A stretch of 64,000 bases of DNA, taken from assembly GCF_009914755.1 (NCBI RefSeq), contig NC_060931.1; one strand, given 5' to 3'. Under the pieces are notes generated by a model. That model searched no databases, had not been told where the DNA came from, and saw only the letters and a program-made list of their open reading frames with translations. Shown piece by piece: positions 31,984 to 47,919 of the stretch. The stretch's first letter is position 1, and the number at the start of each line of letters is the position of its first letter. A program made the position numbers and the translations under genes. This DNA comes from the human T2T-CHM13v2.0 reference genome, Homo sapiens.

Positions 31984-33189
31984 ACAATATACCTTATATA
32001 CCTTGTATATCGCTGCTTAGCACAGGAGTGAAAATGGCACTTGTGAAAAAATGGATAAGGATCTACCAGAGGTTGAAGAATGCCAAGGGAAAAAAAAAGT
32101 TAATTCCTGGACGCCAAAGAGAATTTGAAAGAAGGAAATGTTCACAGTGTCTCATGCTCTAGAGAAATCAAGGAAGATAAAAACTGAATTCTTTAATAAG
32201 TTGGGCTAATGGGTAGTCATTGTGGCCCAGTGAAGAGGTGATAGCAGCCAGATGCTACAGATTGAGAAGTGAATGAGATGGGCTTGAGGAAGGAATAACA
32301 GATCATCATAAACTATTTTGTCAAGAAACTTTGATGTGAAAGAAAAAGAAAATGGAAGAGAGTCATGTGGTTAGTAAGGGTTTTTAAAATGGGAAAAACT
32401 TGAGCATGTTTATTGTGCCCAAGGTAAGAGCCATTAGAAAGTAAAAGAGAGAAAGGATAGGTTATTGGATAGTGCAAGTCCCAGAGCTGGCCAGAGGATT
32501 TGAGGATTAGCCTGGGGTTTAAAGAGAAAGCTCTCCCTTTCACAGAAGTGAGTGGGAAGAAAGGAAAGAATGCTAAAGATACTGCTAGGTTTGAGGTGTG
32601 GTAGAGAGCACTTGGAGTGAGAGAACTGACTGTTGGGGATTCTCTTTTCTATGAATTGCCCAGACGAGGATATGAAAGAGAAGATGGAGCAAAGGGAACG
32701 GGCCTGCCAAGGTCTCAGTAAGGTTGTCGTTGCTGCTGTTGTTGTTGTTAAGTGCAGTGGAATTAAGAGAATGAGAGAACTAAAGAAAAAAGATACTATA
32801 GTTAGTGAAATAATCAAAATGTTGATGGTGAGGACTAAGCAGTTAGATTTAATTGCCTGGTTTTCCATTTATTTTCTCTAGATTTAAGTGTTAAATTCAA
32901 TATACAGTAATCTGTACTTCAAAAGTTTGTTTCTTGCTTTTCTAAGGGCAGTACTAAATAATAATAACAATAATAATCCTTGCTAAAATTTATGAATTCT
33001 TACTCTATGTCATGCACCATGTAGATTTTTCACATATATAATCTGTTTAACAACCCTGGGAAGTTCATATTATTATCTCCATTTTACATATGGTGAAACT
33101 GAGGCTTAGAGCAGTTAAATAAATTGCTTAAGATCATATGGCTTGTTGGTGGCAGATCTGGAATTTTCTAACTCAGAACCCTGCTTTTA

Positions 33190-33343
33190 GCTGGACATGG
33201 TAGTACATGCGTGTAATCCCAGCTACTCACTCAGGAGGCTGAGGTGGGAGGATCACTTAATCCCAGGAGTTTGAGACCAACCTAGGCAAAGAGAGACCCC
33301 ATCTTAAAAAAAAAAAAAAGAAAGAAAAGGAAAGAAAAAAAAG
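33190..33343 (+). mobile_element. FLAM-type monomer with TSD agaaccctgctttta, next to a minus-strand MIR (about 32960-33180)
   Basis: monomer flanked by 15-nt direct repeat. Confidence 0.85.
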
Positions 33344-33875
33344 AACCCTGCTTTTAATCTAACCTTGGGCTAGATTCTTGATACTTTTTTACAGGGCATT
33401 TTTTCCTCACTACTCAAGTATACCTAAGTAGGAAATAAAACTTATTTTAATATTCATCTAAGTGAAATATAAAAAGAAAACCTATAAACCTATTCTTCAA
33501 AAAACTATGCTATATTTTAATGCCATCCCAAAATATCTTGAATTATCTATGGCTCATTTCTATACCATTGCCCCCTTTTCTTTAAAGCTGTAGCATATTG
33601 AGAATTGAATATGACCTTTCTGAGCCACTCATTTCTGAATTTTTAATTTTAAATAAAAATACTTTTTCAGATTGTTTCAGATTTTTAGAGAGGGTAAAGC
33701 AAAATAGAAACATAAAATATGAAACATACGAGTGTATGTATATATGTGTATGCATATATATTGATATATAAAATGAATGCCTTAACAGATAATGTGCATT
33801 ACAATTGCTGTTTCACACTTTTGTTGGTATTATTTTAATTACACTCTGACAAAAAGTTCAGCATAAAGGAAAATT

Positions 33876-34168
33876 GGCCAGACACAGTAGTTCACGCATA
33901 TAACCCCAGGGCTTTGGGAGGCCAAGGCAGGAGAATCGCTTGAGACCAGGGGTTCGAGATCAGTCTGGACAACATAGCAAGACCCATCGCTAGCAAAAAT
34001 TTAAAAATTAGCCCAGCATAGCAGCATATAGCTGTAGGCCTAGCTACTCAGAAGACCGAGGTGAGAGGATTGCTTCAGCCCAAGAGTATGAGGCTACAGT
34101 GATCTGTGATCGTGCCACTGCACTCCAACCTGAGTGATGGAATGAGACCCTGTCTCTAAAAAAAAAAG
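33876..34168 (+). mobile_element. Alu (J-like)
   Basis: diverged dimer, TSD aaaggaaaatt. Confidence 0.92.
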
Positions 34169-34249
34169 GAAAGAAAAAGGAAAATTCTTAGAATGTATGC
34201 ACAACTTAATATCCTTGCTCGTTTGATGTGCATTGATCCATTTTAATAG

Positions 34250-34394
34250 GTTTTTGAATCTGAAAATTCAAGAAGGTGAAGCTCACAACATTTTTTGCCC
34301 TGCATATGATTGCTTCCAACTTGTACCTGTGGATATCATAGAAAGTGTAGTTTCAAAGGAGATGGACAAACGATACCTACAGTTTGATATTAAG
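34250..34394 (+). CDS. ANKIB1: ANKIB1 coding exon (145 nt, phase 2-0); RING1 C-terminal half and linker
   Basis: ttttaatag|G TTT TTG AAT ... ATT AAG|gtaagg; [48 protein letters not shown]. Confidence 0.96.
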
Positions 34395-34994
34395 GTAAGG
34401 TATACTGCCAATTATCTGTCCAATTTCCATAATTTTGATTTTATTAAACCTTTATAACATTATTTTTTCTTTTTGTTTTATTTTTGAAAACAAAATAATG
34501 GCTCTTTTGTTAGAAACACTTTATCAGAAAAGTTGCTTAAAGGAATGGTGATAAAGTTTGAAGCTAAAGCATTATTTTGTAATAATAAGAGGAAAGGGGA
34601 AAGGCTAAAGTACTGGTAATTTACAAAATTTAAAATAAAACTATTTATCAGAACTTTTTATTAATTTGCCCGTTGCACTTTAATAACTGATTGATCAAGA
34701 TAATGTTCAAATTAGATTTTACCTACTTTAAGTTTTCCAAAAGACATTATCTTTCATGCTTCTAAATAAAATATTTGGAAATAAAGATTTCCAACTTGGA
34801 AGTTTATTATCATTTTTATTCCAAGTAATAGGTTTATATAATGAATTATAATGTTTATTTCATCTTTTTTTGTCTTCATTCTTTTTCAGAAGTTGTAAGT
34901 GTAGGCAAGTTACTTTCTTTTGCGTGTGTGATTTAAAAGTTACATTTTAACTGCTTTGTGCAGATTTTACTGAGTCTAATATGTGAACTTTTAA

Positions 34995-35333
<339 letters not shown>

Positions 35334-35775
35334 TAGAAAGTATAATATTGATTATTATGTATTATTTGGGTACCATTTAGAAATTTACTGTTCTAATACA
35401 GCTACATGCATGTTTCTACTTAAGAATTATATTCATCAAAAAGTGACACATTGTATGAGAAAACATTTTAAAATTACATATTTTCTGTGCAAACAATTAC
35501 ATTTTTGCTTTATCATCATTTACATGGTTTTTAGATTAAAGAAAACATAAATTTTAAAAATAATTTTGTTACTAAGTTAATTGCCACTTTCCCCTTAATA
35601 ATTTTTTCAGTACTTTGCAGTACTATTTAAATTTCTTGAGACTGACAACTCCATGCATTTTATTTCACTCTTTTTCTTTCTTTGCTTTATAGTAAATTAC
35701 CATAGAGGTACACTCTGTATTAGAATTTAGCATTAAAATATTTTCTTTTGTGTTTTGTTATTGCTGTTTAAACAG

Positions 35776-35942
35776 GCCTTTGTTGAAAATAATCCTGCCA
35801 TTAAATGGTGTCCTACTCCAGGCTGTGACAGAGCAGTAAGACTAACGAAACAAGGGTCAAATACATCTGGATCTGATACACTCAGCTTCCCATTGCTGAG
35901 AGCTCCTGCTGTTGATTGTGGAAAAGGACACCTCTTCTGCTG
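35776..35942 (+). CDS. ANKIB1: ANKIB1 coding exon (167 nt, phase 0-2); IBR domain
   Basis: tttaaacag|GCC TTT GTT ... TTC TGC TG|gttagt; [21 protein letters not shown]...[10 protein letters not shown]. Confidence 0.96.
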
Positions 35943-36084
35943 GTTAGTATAAGACAAGTTGGAATCAGCCTAATCACCTTTCTTTCCAATAGTTATTAAA
36001 GACTTTGCACCTTGAGTCAGGCCTTTAAATTGTAGTATACTTGATAGTATTCTTCTTAATTTAAGAAATGTGTAAGAAGTAGTA

Positions 36085-36310
36085 ATAGTTCATATTTGTT
36101 GTGTGCTTAGTGTGTGCCAGGCACTACACCAGCTATTTTTTACATATTGAATTCTCCCAACAATGCTGAGTTGAGTTGATGTTATTATGCCCATTTTACA
36201 GATAAACAAACTCAGGCACAGAGAAGTTCCCCAGGGGTATACAGCTAGGAATTGGCAGAAATGGGATTAGAACCCAGCTGTTTGATTTAAAGCCCATGTG
36301 CCTAAACTAT
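36085..36310 (-). mobile_element. MIR
   Basis: gtgccaggcact...cccattttacagataaacaaactcaggcacagaga. Confidence 0.8.
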
Positions 36311-37002
36311 AATACCAAATTGCTGACCATAGATTAGAAAATGTTTAGAGTTTAACGTTTCATTAAAAATATAAGCCTCTAGCAGTGATTCTTCACCAGG
36401 AGCTCCCAAAATTACCAAGGTCCCTTTTACAAAATTTTATCTTGGGCCCTAACAAGTAAGATTTTGATTTAGTAGGTTTTTGAGTGGGGCTCTAAAAAAA
36501 GAAAATTAAAAATTTCCCAGGAGATGCTAATGAACAGTTCTAGTCAGGAATCAATGACTGCAGGCTCGTTGTTTCTTGTGTTTTGCTTAGTTTCTAGTGC
36601 CTGATAGTACTCAATAAGTACAAACTGATGATAAATCAGTATTGGAAAGGATATGTAACTCTGAATACTCTTTTGACTATATATGTGTCAGCCATCAGCA
36701 CTCTACTTATTCATAGAAGATTCAGTTAACTGTTTTAAGTAAATGATAAAAAAGAAAAAAGCTACAGTATTTATTCTGTTTTTTGCTCATTTCCAGAATT
36801 AGCACATATGCATGGATACACTTAGGTGGATATGAAATTTTAGTCTTTACTTTTATGCTTATCAGAAACCAGAAACTAAGTGTATCACTGCTGTATAGTA
36901 GGAAGGTATAGTTATGGAACTATCCCTACCCTGGTCTACTTCTTACCTTCGCCATCATCATTAGTTAAAAGTATTTATTGAACTGCAAACCCCTGACTCT
37001 AA

Positions 37003-37180
37003 GTCAAGGTTCAGCAAACTATTGTCTATACTTATTATTAAACATAACATTTTGCTGGAACACAGCCACACCATTTCATGTCACTTTATTTATGTATTGT
37101 CTGTGCCTGCTTTTGGGCAATGACAGCAGAATTGAGCAGCTGAGACAGAGACTTCATGGCCCACAAAACTGGAATCCTGG
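37003..37180. mobile_element. MER58-like fragment
   Basis: ggaacacagccacacc...gcagaattgagcagctgagacagagac..atggcccacaaa. Confidence 0.7.
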
Positions 37181-38866
37181 TTGAAAAAGGCTGATTTAGA
37201 GGATTAGTTGGAGAAGCTATGAAGAAGGAAAACATAAATTAGGAAAATGTCTAAAAGATAAAAAGATTAGCTTTTGCAGAGATCAGAGAAAAATTAAGTT
37301 TTGAAGGGAAAAGAAGAAACTTTGATTGGCATTGTCTTCTTAAGCACTGTGGTTTCTGTGATCTAGCTTTTACCAGTTTTCAGTGTAGTTTAGCTTTTAA
37401 TTTCTTGAGTTTGTCCCCATTCTCTTTGTATGCTGCAAGTAATAATAAGTTTGGTTTGACTGAAGATAAGAAAGCTAATGGAAAAAACCTACCAATATAG
37501 GTCAGACTCTATAAACATAGATGATGCTATAAACTGTAAATTTCTAGAATAACATTTGGAGAAATACATCAGCTTACTTTTTCTCATACCCCAAAATATC
37601 AGGCTGGTTATACTCAAGATGCATTGGAGACTATATACCAAGATCACGGGCCCTACTTTGAGTTTTATCCCAGTTCAAGGGATAAACTCACATGTGAGTC
37701 CATGTGAATGGCCACATGGACTAAGGTCACACTTGGTAATTATTTACTCTTTCTCCTATTCATTAGGGTAGTAGAGAACCTAACAAAATCATCATTTTTT
37801 GGACATAGCACCAGAGAGGAAGAGACTTAAATGAAATAAAAATAAGTTTTAGTGAAGGACAAACTCAGATTTAAGTTCTTCAGCTTAATCTTTTGTCTTT
37901 CAGTTTTGGTATTTATTAAGTTATAGGATGGATTTTTTTTGCATTGCCTACTTGATGTCTCTAGGCATTAATTTACAGTTCCTGTTTTTTTGCATTCTTA
38001 GCTTTATACCCTTATTCATATAGTATAAAAGCTTTGTCTGTAATTTTAAAATCTAAGTGGAAATTGTCATATGCTTTCTGTTGCTCTTATCTCTTATTTC
38101 AATGAGAAGCAAAATCTGTTCACGCAAAAAGACGCTTTACAAGAGAGATCTTCACAAATTAAACGCAAATGATTCTGGTTTTGCTTCTCCTTCTTCAAAA
38201 TCTCAGAAGTAATTTTCTAAAGATGACTACAAAAACAACAAACGACAATAATAATTTCTTCTTTTCAAGAACTATATATGACAGAAACAGTTGAGCCATA
38301 CCCAGGAGATATCTGCATAGATATAACTAAATATATTCGTTGTTGGGAGACAAGTAGTATTAATAGGCATTCCCCTTCCCACCACAGGATACCCTTCTCT
38401 ACCTGTTCACAAAGTTCCATGCCCTTTGTAACTGAAGCTAGCATGGTTTCTCCCCCTAGCCTTTATAATTACAATTTGTGTGATCTGGGAAAAATTATCT
38501 CAAGACAATATTCAAAACTTAGATGGGTTCTGACTTAAACCAATGACTTTTCCTCTTTTTTTTTCTTTTTAATTAAGTAAAATATGCTACTGTGTAACTT
38601 CTCTGTCTTCTGAACTGACACAAAGTGTCTCTCTTCTCTGAGACAACTCTTCACAGATTTGTTGTCAGAAATACTTCTTGGCCACCAAACTTAAGATGGT
38701 ATGGTGGCCATTTCTTTCCTCTCTTTTTACTCTGGTCCCTTTTAATCACCAGTGTGAATTGAAAACTGAAAACCTTATTTGGAATTTCTCTTCTAAACAC
38801 ATAGACAGTCAAACATATTTTATTCGCTGAAATTGATTGGCAGGAAATATTCTAAATAATAATATG

Positions 38867-39216
<350 letters not shown>

Positions 39217-40752
39217 TTACCTAGCGGTTGAGCATTTATTTACTGAAACTGTGCAAAAAAGTCTTTAAAAGGAACAAATTTTTGAATCATAGTGATGTAC
39301 AACTTGAGAAACCACAGTATCAGGTTTCTAGTCCACTTAAGTTTCCAGTGGATCAGAGTACAATGTACAGACTTTTCAAGTTTGGAGAAAAGTCTGAAAG
39401 TGAGTACTTTTTTCTCCAACATTCACAATAAGGGTTTTGATCAATACCTACTTCTTTATTCAGAGCAGTAGTTGCATGCATCATCTCCCTCTGCACAGAC
39501 CTCACAGGCCAAGGGACTCTCCTGGAATCCTCTGGACAAAATAGATGAAGCAATCTGTATGTGTAGACCTAATAATTGTGTCTCATCTTTTCTTACAAAA
39601 CCAGTTTTAAGCCCTTAGATTAACAGCTCTAGTTATGGAAAAATAGATTTTTCTAGATTGGCAGTATCTAGCTATTTAAGTATCAGACTCCTGCCAACTA
39701 GCAAAACATTTTCCAGCTCTTCACAGGCCCAGAAATAAAAACATGATACTACTTATTTGGCAGTTCAATCATAAGACCTTATTTAAATATCATGTGTACT
39801 CTCTGCAGAGTAGCACATCTGCATAAATAAATGCCACTTGAGGGTTCAATTTATCAGATTTCAACACAGTACAGAGTTATAATAATCTGGGAGATACAGG
39901 ACCTGCCTGTGAGACAGCTCTGCCACTAACTAGCTCTGTGGCTTGGTGATAAACATCCTCTCCTAAAATAATATGATAAAATAAAGCCTTCCTATCTGAT
40001 GCAGTCAACATACAGTGCAAGTTCCAGAACCAAAAACTATTTAGCTTCAAATTTTAGCTTATCCACTCTTTACTTGTATGGCCTTTGATAGGTTACTGAA
40101 CCTCTCTGTGCATGTAAAATGGGGATAAATAGTACCAGTTACAAAGAGATGTTAAGAGAATTAAGTGAGTCAGTACATGTGAAGTATTTAGAACATTGCT
40201 TGGTATCCTAAAAAATGTTAGCTAAAGGGGAGAATCATAAAAATGAAGATTTCTACTTAATTCACTCAGAATTGCTTATTAATAAAAAGTTCTAAAATGG
40301 CATTGAACTGAAATTGCCAACTTCTGGATATGAATTTCTTCCATCAAGTAATAAATTTTAAAACTTCAGTGGAAGGTTTTTTCCTTTTCCAGAGCCCTTT
40401 AGAACCACTGTATAGTCATGCAGCCAGTTGTACATACTGGCACATTTTCAAGAAGAGAGCCATTCCTTGATCACTTGATGTTAGGTTAACCAATCATATT
40501 TGAGCTACGTGGAGGAGTTTAGATTAGGCAACTATTTTTTTTTTCTTTATAATCTTTTACCAGGGTACTTTTTTACCTGAATAAACCCACCCTATTGGTG
40601 TCTCTGGCTGAGATTCAGTATGCTGTGTCCTGAGATTCCCCTCCCCATACTCTTGTTTTACTGACATTTTGAGATGCAGTTTCAGCAACAGATACCAGGG
40701 ACTTTAGAATACTTGTCAACAGTCATTGGTTAAAATTTTATTCAGGAATTTA

Positions 40753-41127
<375 letters not shown>

Positions 41128-41260
41128 CTACGTTGATCATCTAGATTGTCAATTAGTATGTTTAGTGGCATTGTTATTACTATACTTTGGAGAATTCTGA
41201 GTTTATTTTTCCAGATGCCGTAGTTTTTAAATATATTTTATAGTATTAAATGGCAACCTC

Positions 41261-41702
<442 letters not shown>

Positions 41703-42380
41703 TCACAACCAAGGAAGCAGCAAGTCTGTGTCCTCCTGTGAGGTTCTGGAAAAGAAAACCTTCTTTTGCTATTTAATACAACACAGTCTTGGAGAGCCAA
41801 GCACATTGATAAGCAATTACGGCTTTTGAAGAAGTGGCTTTTTTTTTTTTTCAGACTTTATTTGAAAACACTGGGCTTTGTTCCCCCATGATTCTTTTTT
41901 TTTTTTCCCAGAACATTTTCAGAAAATGTTCTGACAGCAAAACCAGTATTTACCAGCGTTGATTCTGCCAGGAAATGGATATTGAATATGCTGTTTAATC
42001 TCCAGGGGAAAAAAGTCTCCAGGGAAAAAAATCTTCATAGAAATAATTTATTTCATTGATTGCATTTGTTTGTTTTAGTTACTGCAGATATATAAGGGCT
42101 TTTTGTACTTCTGGGCTTTTTTTTCTAGCTTTATTGAGATGCAAATGACAAACAAGCTTTTTTAAAAAATGAGTCATGAGAAATGTAGATTCTGCATTCC
42201 CACCTGTGTTTGCAGGCACCATATGGAAACACTGTTCCTAGATCTATGGCATATTTCTTACTCTGATGTCTGCTAGCATGTGCGCCAAATTAAAATTAAC
42301 AGTTATCACAGGTATCCCTTACATTTCTGGAAAGCAGAATTGATGTTAATATGCACTAAAGTGAATCTAACGTATCCAGT

Positions 42381-43047
42381 TTTTTTTTCGTACTTAAGTT
42401 CTGTTGTACATGTGCAGAACATGCAGTTTTGTTACATAGGCATACACATGCCATGGTGGTTTGCTGCACCTATCAACCTGTCACCTACATTAGGTATTTC
42501 TTCTAATGCTATCCCTCTCCTAGCCCCCCATCCCCCAACAGGCCCCAGTGTGTGATGTTCCCCACCCTGTGTCCATGTGTTCTCCTTGTTCAACTCCCAT
42601 TTGTGAGTGAGAACATGCATTGTTTGGTTTTCTGTTCTTGTGATAGTTTGCTGAGAATGATGGTTTCCAGCTTCATCCACATCCCTGCAAAGGCCGTGAA
42701 CTCATCCTTTTTTATGGCTGCATGGTATTCCATGGTGTATATGTGCCACATTTTCTTAATCCAGTCTATCATTCGTGGACTTTTGGGTTGGTTCCAAGTC
42801 TTTGCTATTGTGAATAGTGCTGCAATAAACATATGTGTGTGTGTGTCTTTATAGCAGCATGATTTATAATCCTTTGGGTATATACCCAGTAATGGGATTG
42901 CTGGGTCAAATGGTATTTCTAGTTCTAGATCCTTGAGGAATCACCACAGTCTTCCACAATGGTTGAACTAATTTACACTCCCACCAACAGTGTAAAAGCG
43001 TTCCTATTTTTCCACATCCTCTCCAGCATCTGTTGTTTCCTGACTTT
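42381..43047 (-). mobile_element. 5'-truncated L1PA 3' end (about 670 bp)
   Basis: ORF track 42590-42832(-) MFIAALFTIAKTWNQPK...WMKLETIILSKL is the L1 ORF2 C-terminus; TSD-like tatcca(g/c)tttttt. Confidence 0.95.
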
Positions 43048-43057
43048 ATATATCCAC

Positions 43058-43205
43058 TTTTTTAAAGAGATTAGGTCATGCTGTGTTGCACAGGCTAGAG
43101 TGCCGTGGCTATTCACAGAGTGGTAATAGCACACTATAGCCTCGAACTCCTGGGCTCCATTGATTCTTCTGCCTCAGCCTCCCGAGTAGCCATTGTGCCC
43201 AGCTC
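43058..43205 (-). mobile_element. FLAM/FAM-type monomer
   Basis: caggctagagtgccgtggctattcac...ctcctgggctc. Confidence 0.75.
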
Positions 43206-43379
43206 ACTTCCATATTTTAATCAACCCAATATTTTTTGAATGTCTGTTAAGCTACCACTAAGTTGCTAGGAGCTCTGTAAAACCACAATTATGGAAAAGA
43301 TTTCCCAAGTGCCAGATTAGATGATAAGTCAGGAGTGTAAGGAAAGTAAATTACCCTTTCAAGGCAATTGGTGCATTTT

Positions 43380-44070
43380 TTTTTACCATGTAACCATTTT
43401 TAAGTATGCAATTCAGTGACATTAATTGCATTCACAGTGCAACTATAACATTTCATAACCACTTTTCATTTTCAGAACTTTTTCATTATCCCAAGCAGAA
43501 ACTATAACCATTAAGCAGTAACTCCCCATCCTCTCCTCCCCCAAGCTGGTAACAACCACTCTACTTTCTTTCTCTATGAATTTGCCTATTCTAAATATTT
43601 AATGTAAGTGGAATTCTAGAATATTTGTACTTTTGTGTCTGGCTTATTTCACTTAACAAAATGTTTTTAAGGCTCATTCATAGTGTAGCATGTATCCAAA
43701 TATTATTCCTTCTTATGGCTGAATATTCAATTGTGTGAACGTGTGTGTGTGTTTGTGTGTGTGTATACTGCACAATTTGTTTATCCATTCATCTGTTGAT
43801 AGACACTTGGGTTGTTTCCCCCTTTTAGCTGTTGTGAATAATACTGTGAATGTTGGTGTACAAGTTTGAATCCTTGCTTTCAGTTCTCTCATACCTTAGA
43901 ATGAAATTGCTGAATCATATGGTAATTCTAAGTTTAACTTTATGAGGAGTCACCAAACTATTTTTCACAGCAACTGCATCAGCATTTACATTTCTATCAG
44001 CAGTGCACAAGGGTTCCCATCTTTGCACATCCACACCAACAATTTATGTTTTTTAATAATCACCATTTTA
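43380..44070 (-). mobile_element. L1MB-like 3' end
   Basis: ttgtttatccattcatctgttgatagacacttgggttgtttcc. Confidence 0.85.
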
Positions 44071-44130
44071 ACAAATATGAAGTATAATCGATGCATTCTT
44101 AATTTCCTCTTAGTTTTTAAGACTAAATGA

Positions 44131-44349
<219 letters not shown>

Positions 44350-45087
44350 TAAAATCTTTTAAAATAGCACTGATGGTGATGATATCACTTCCAGATTGGG
44401 TTGTTCCCTCCTCCGAATAATATTTTTTTATTTACTGGAATAATTACCTTTGTCCTATACAATATAGCATCATCTTGAATTAAAATGGCAGTTCATCAAG
44501 GCTTTAGGCTCGTTTTAGTGTTTGACTTCTTAAATAGCTATGGAAAGAATATAAAATAGAGTTACAAATGGTAAATTGATGTTTTTAATTATTTAAATCA
44601 AAATTTCCCAAATTCCAATAAAAGTAAATTGAGTTACCCTAGCTGTTACCTGGAGATGCAGAGGTAAAAGTAACTACAGTAATTCAACTTAAAACAGTGT
44701 TTTTCAAACTTTAAAATGAAGAAGGTTCATTTGGTAATTTTGATAAAATATAGATTCTAATCTGTAAATCACATGGGGCCTGTTCTTCTGCATGTCTAAA
44801 AAGCTGCTCAGTAATGGCCAGGAATACACCTTTGAATAACAAGAATTTAAAATATTAATGAGGATAAAACGTAATTGATTCAAATGTTTTAAAGCTCTGA
44901 AGGCTTGCAAATCTAAGTTATAAATATTAATCTATTTAGAACTTTTCAAGTATGTAAATGAATGTACTGATTTTTTTTTTAATAAAACTGGTCTAATGGT
45001 ATCAAGCTTTGGAATCTCATTTTTAGTGCCTCCATTGAAATGCTCCATCTCTCATTAGTCACCGTGCCTTACTTTTTTCAACTTTAA

Positions 45088-45574
<487 letters not shown>

Positions 45575-46429
45575 GTAAGAGGAATTTTAGATAGCTTTGC
45601 TGCATATTTCCTGATAGCATTCAAAAGATAATGTGGTCATATCTTTTTTAGTCTTTATTTAAGAGGTTTTCAGATTTGTTAATGCAAGTGCTCTCCTGTT
45701 TAACATCACAATCCCTTTGACTAACTTCCTTTTGGAGATAATAGAGTTTTGGCAAGGAGGAATCATGGACAAGTTCCATGTTTCTAACAGACTTACTTTC
45801 CAGCTGAAGTTAAACAGGGTAAATGGGGGTCCCATTTAATCCTCCTCCTATAGCCCTTTTCTTTTATCCTAGGGTGAGCCAACCAATTGTTCTGTACTTT
45901 GTGGAAGTAGTATATGATCTGTAATGAGAGTGAGCTTCTCATATCCCTGAAAGCTTCCAATGAAGGATGCAGCAAGTTAATTTCTTGCTGTTATGTGGTT
46001 CTATAGATTTACTGATGTTAAATACCATATAGACAAGTATTGTCACTGAGACTTCTGTAAATACATTATCTCTGTTAATCATCACAGAAATGATATGAGG
46101 TTGATGTTAGTAATCCTGTTTTACAGAGGAAAACTAATGCTTAGATTGGGTTGAATGACACAGGGCATGTGCCTTGTGAACAGAATGGGTTTGAATCTCT
46201 GAGGGGACTCCTTTTTAAAGCCTTCCTAATAGCAGTTCCCACATTTAACAGAGAAATCTATCTGCTTTGCAATAATTTCCCATCTTCTAAAGTGTTTTAT
46301 GACAACTGTTTTCTCTCAAAAAATATAAGTGAAAATTAATTAGTTCTGGTCTTTAAAAAAAAAAAAAGACTTAGATAATGGTGTTAGCTTGAGATGTCAC
46401 AAGTCACCCAATAAATCTACACTTATAGG

Positions 46430-46875
<446 letters not shown>

Positions 46876-47326
46876 TCAGGTTGGGGGAAGAAAGGGTGTC
46901 AAAGAATCTTCTTGAAGGCAGTGAGCTATGAACTGGAGTTTAGCATCTCTGCCTCGTAGTAGGTAATTACTGTCAGCAACTGAAGTGGCATTGAGAGAGA
47001 TGGCCTGGCGGCCATGATACTTTACAGGCTTGTATTATATCAGGGGATTTACCACTGCCTGAGGGCTGGTCCTCAGCATTTTAGATCTACGAGGGTCATT
47101 TTGTCCACTGACTCAGGGTTATTCTGACCCACGGAGAAGAGACTACCATATAAACCAAAATGCCACTTATTAGTTGATAATGAAAGAGATTCCTTTCACT
47201 TGTTGCGAAGGCTTCATGTCCATTATCAGGAGCAAAGAGAAGTGGATAATCTTTGGATATTTTATAGTGAAGCCTGATTAAACATTCTTGTCCTGTTCAT
47301 GCACCGTTTAGTCAACAGATTTTTTA

Positions 47327-47608
47327 AGCCAGGCACAATGGCTCACATCTGTAATCCTAGCACTTTGGGAGGCCGAGGCAGGTGGATCACTTGAGGTCTG
47401 GAGTTCAAGACCATCTTGGCCAACATGGTGAAACCCAATCTCTACTAAAAATACAAAAATTAAATTAGTCCGGCATGGTGGTGTGCGCCTGTAATCCCAG
47501 CTACTCAGGAGGCTAAGGCAGGAGAATCGCTTGAACCCAGGAGGTGGAGGTTGCATTGAGCTGAATTGCCCCACTGCACTCTAGCCTGGATGCCAGAGCA
47601 AGACTCCA

Positions 47609-47640
<32 letters not shown>
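47327..47640 (+). mobile_element. Alu (S-like)
   Basis: dimer with long A tail. Confidence 0.95.
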
Positions 47641-47641
<1 letters not shown>

Positions 47642-47919
47642 CCTTTATAGATTGTGTTTGTTCCCCAGATTCATTGTACTAGCCATTGCTCTTCATACCC
47701 ACCCATTTCCCCTATTCTGATATGTATGGGTGTGTATATGTGTTTGTCTTCCATAAATAGATTCATACCATTACCCTGCAGCACCTTTAGATGTGACAAA
47801 ACAATTGGAATTTGCTTTATTTTCTTGCTTCTGGCAGCTAGAAATATTTATATTTCTGTTATGAATGGCTTGCTATTGGCCACCTACCTGCATTTCTTTA
47901 TATATTTCTTTAGAACTTA

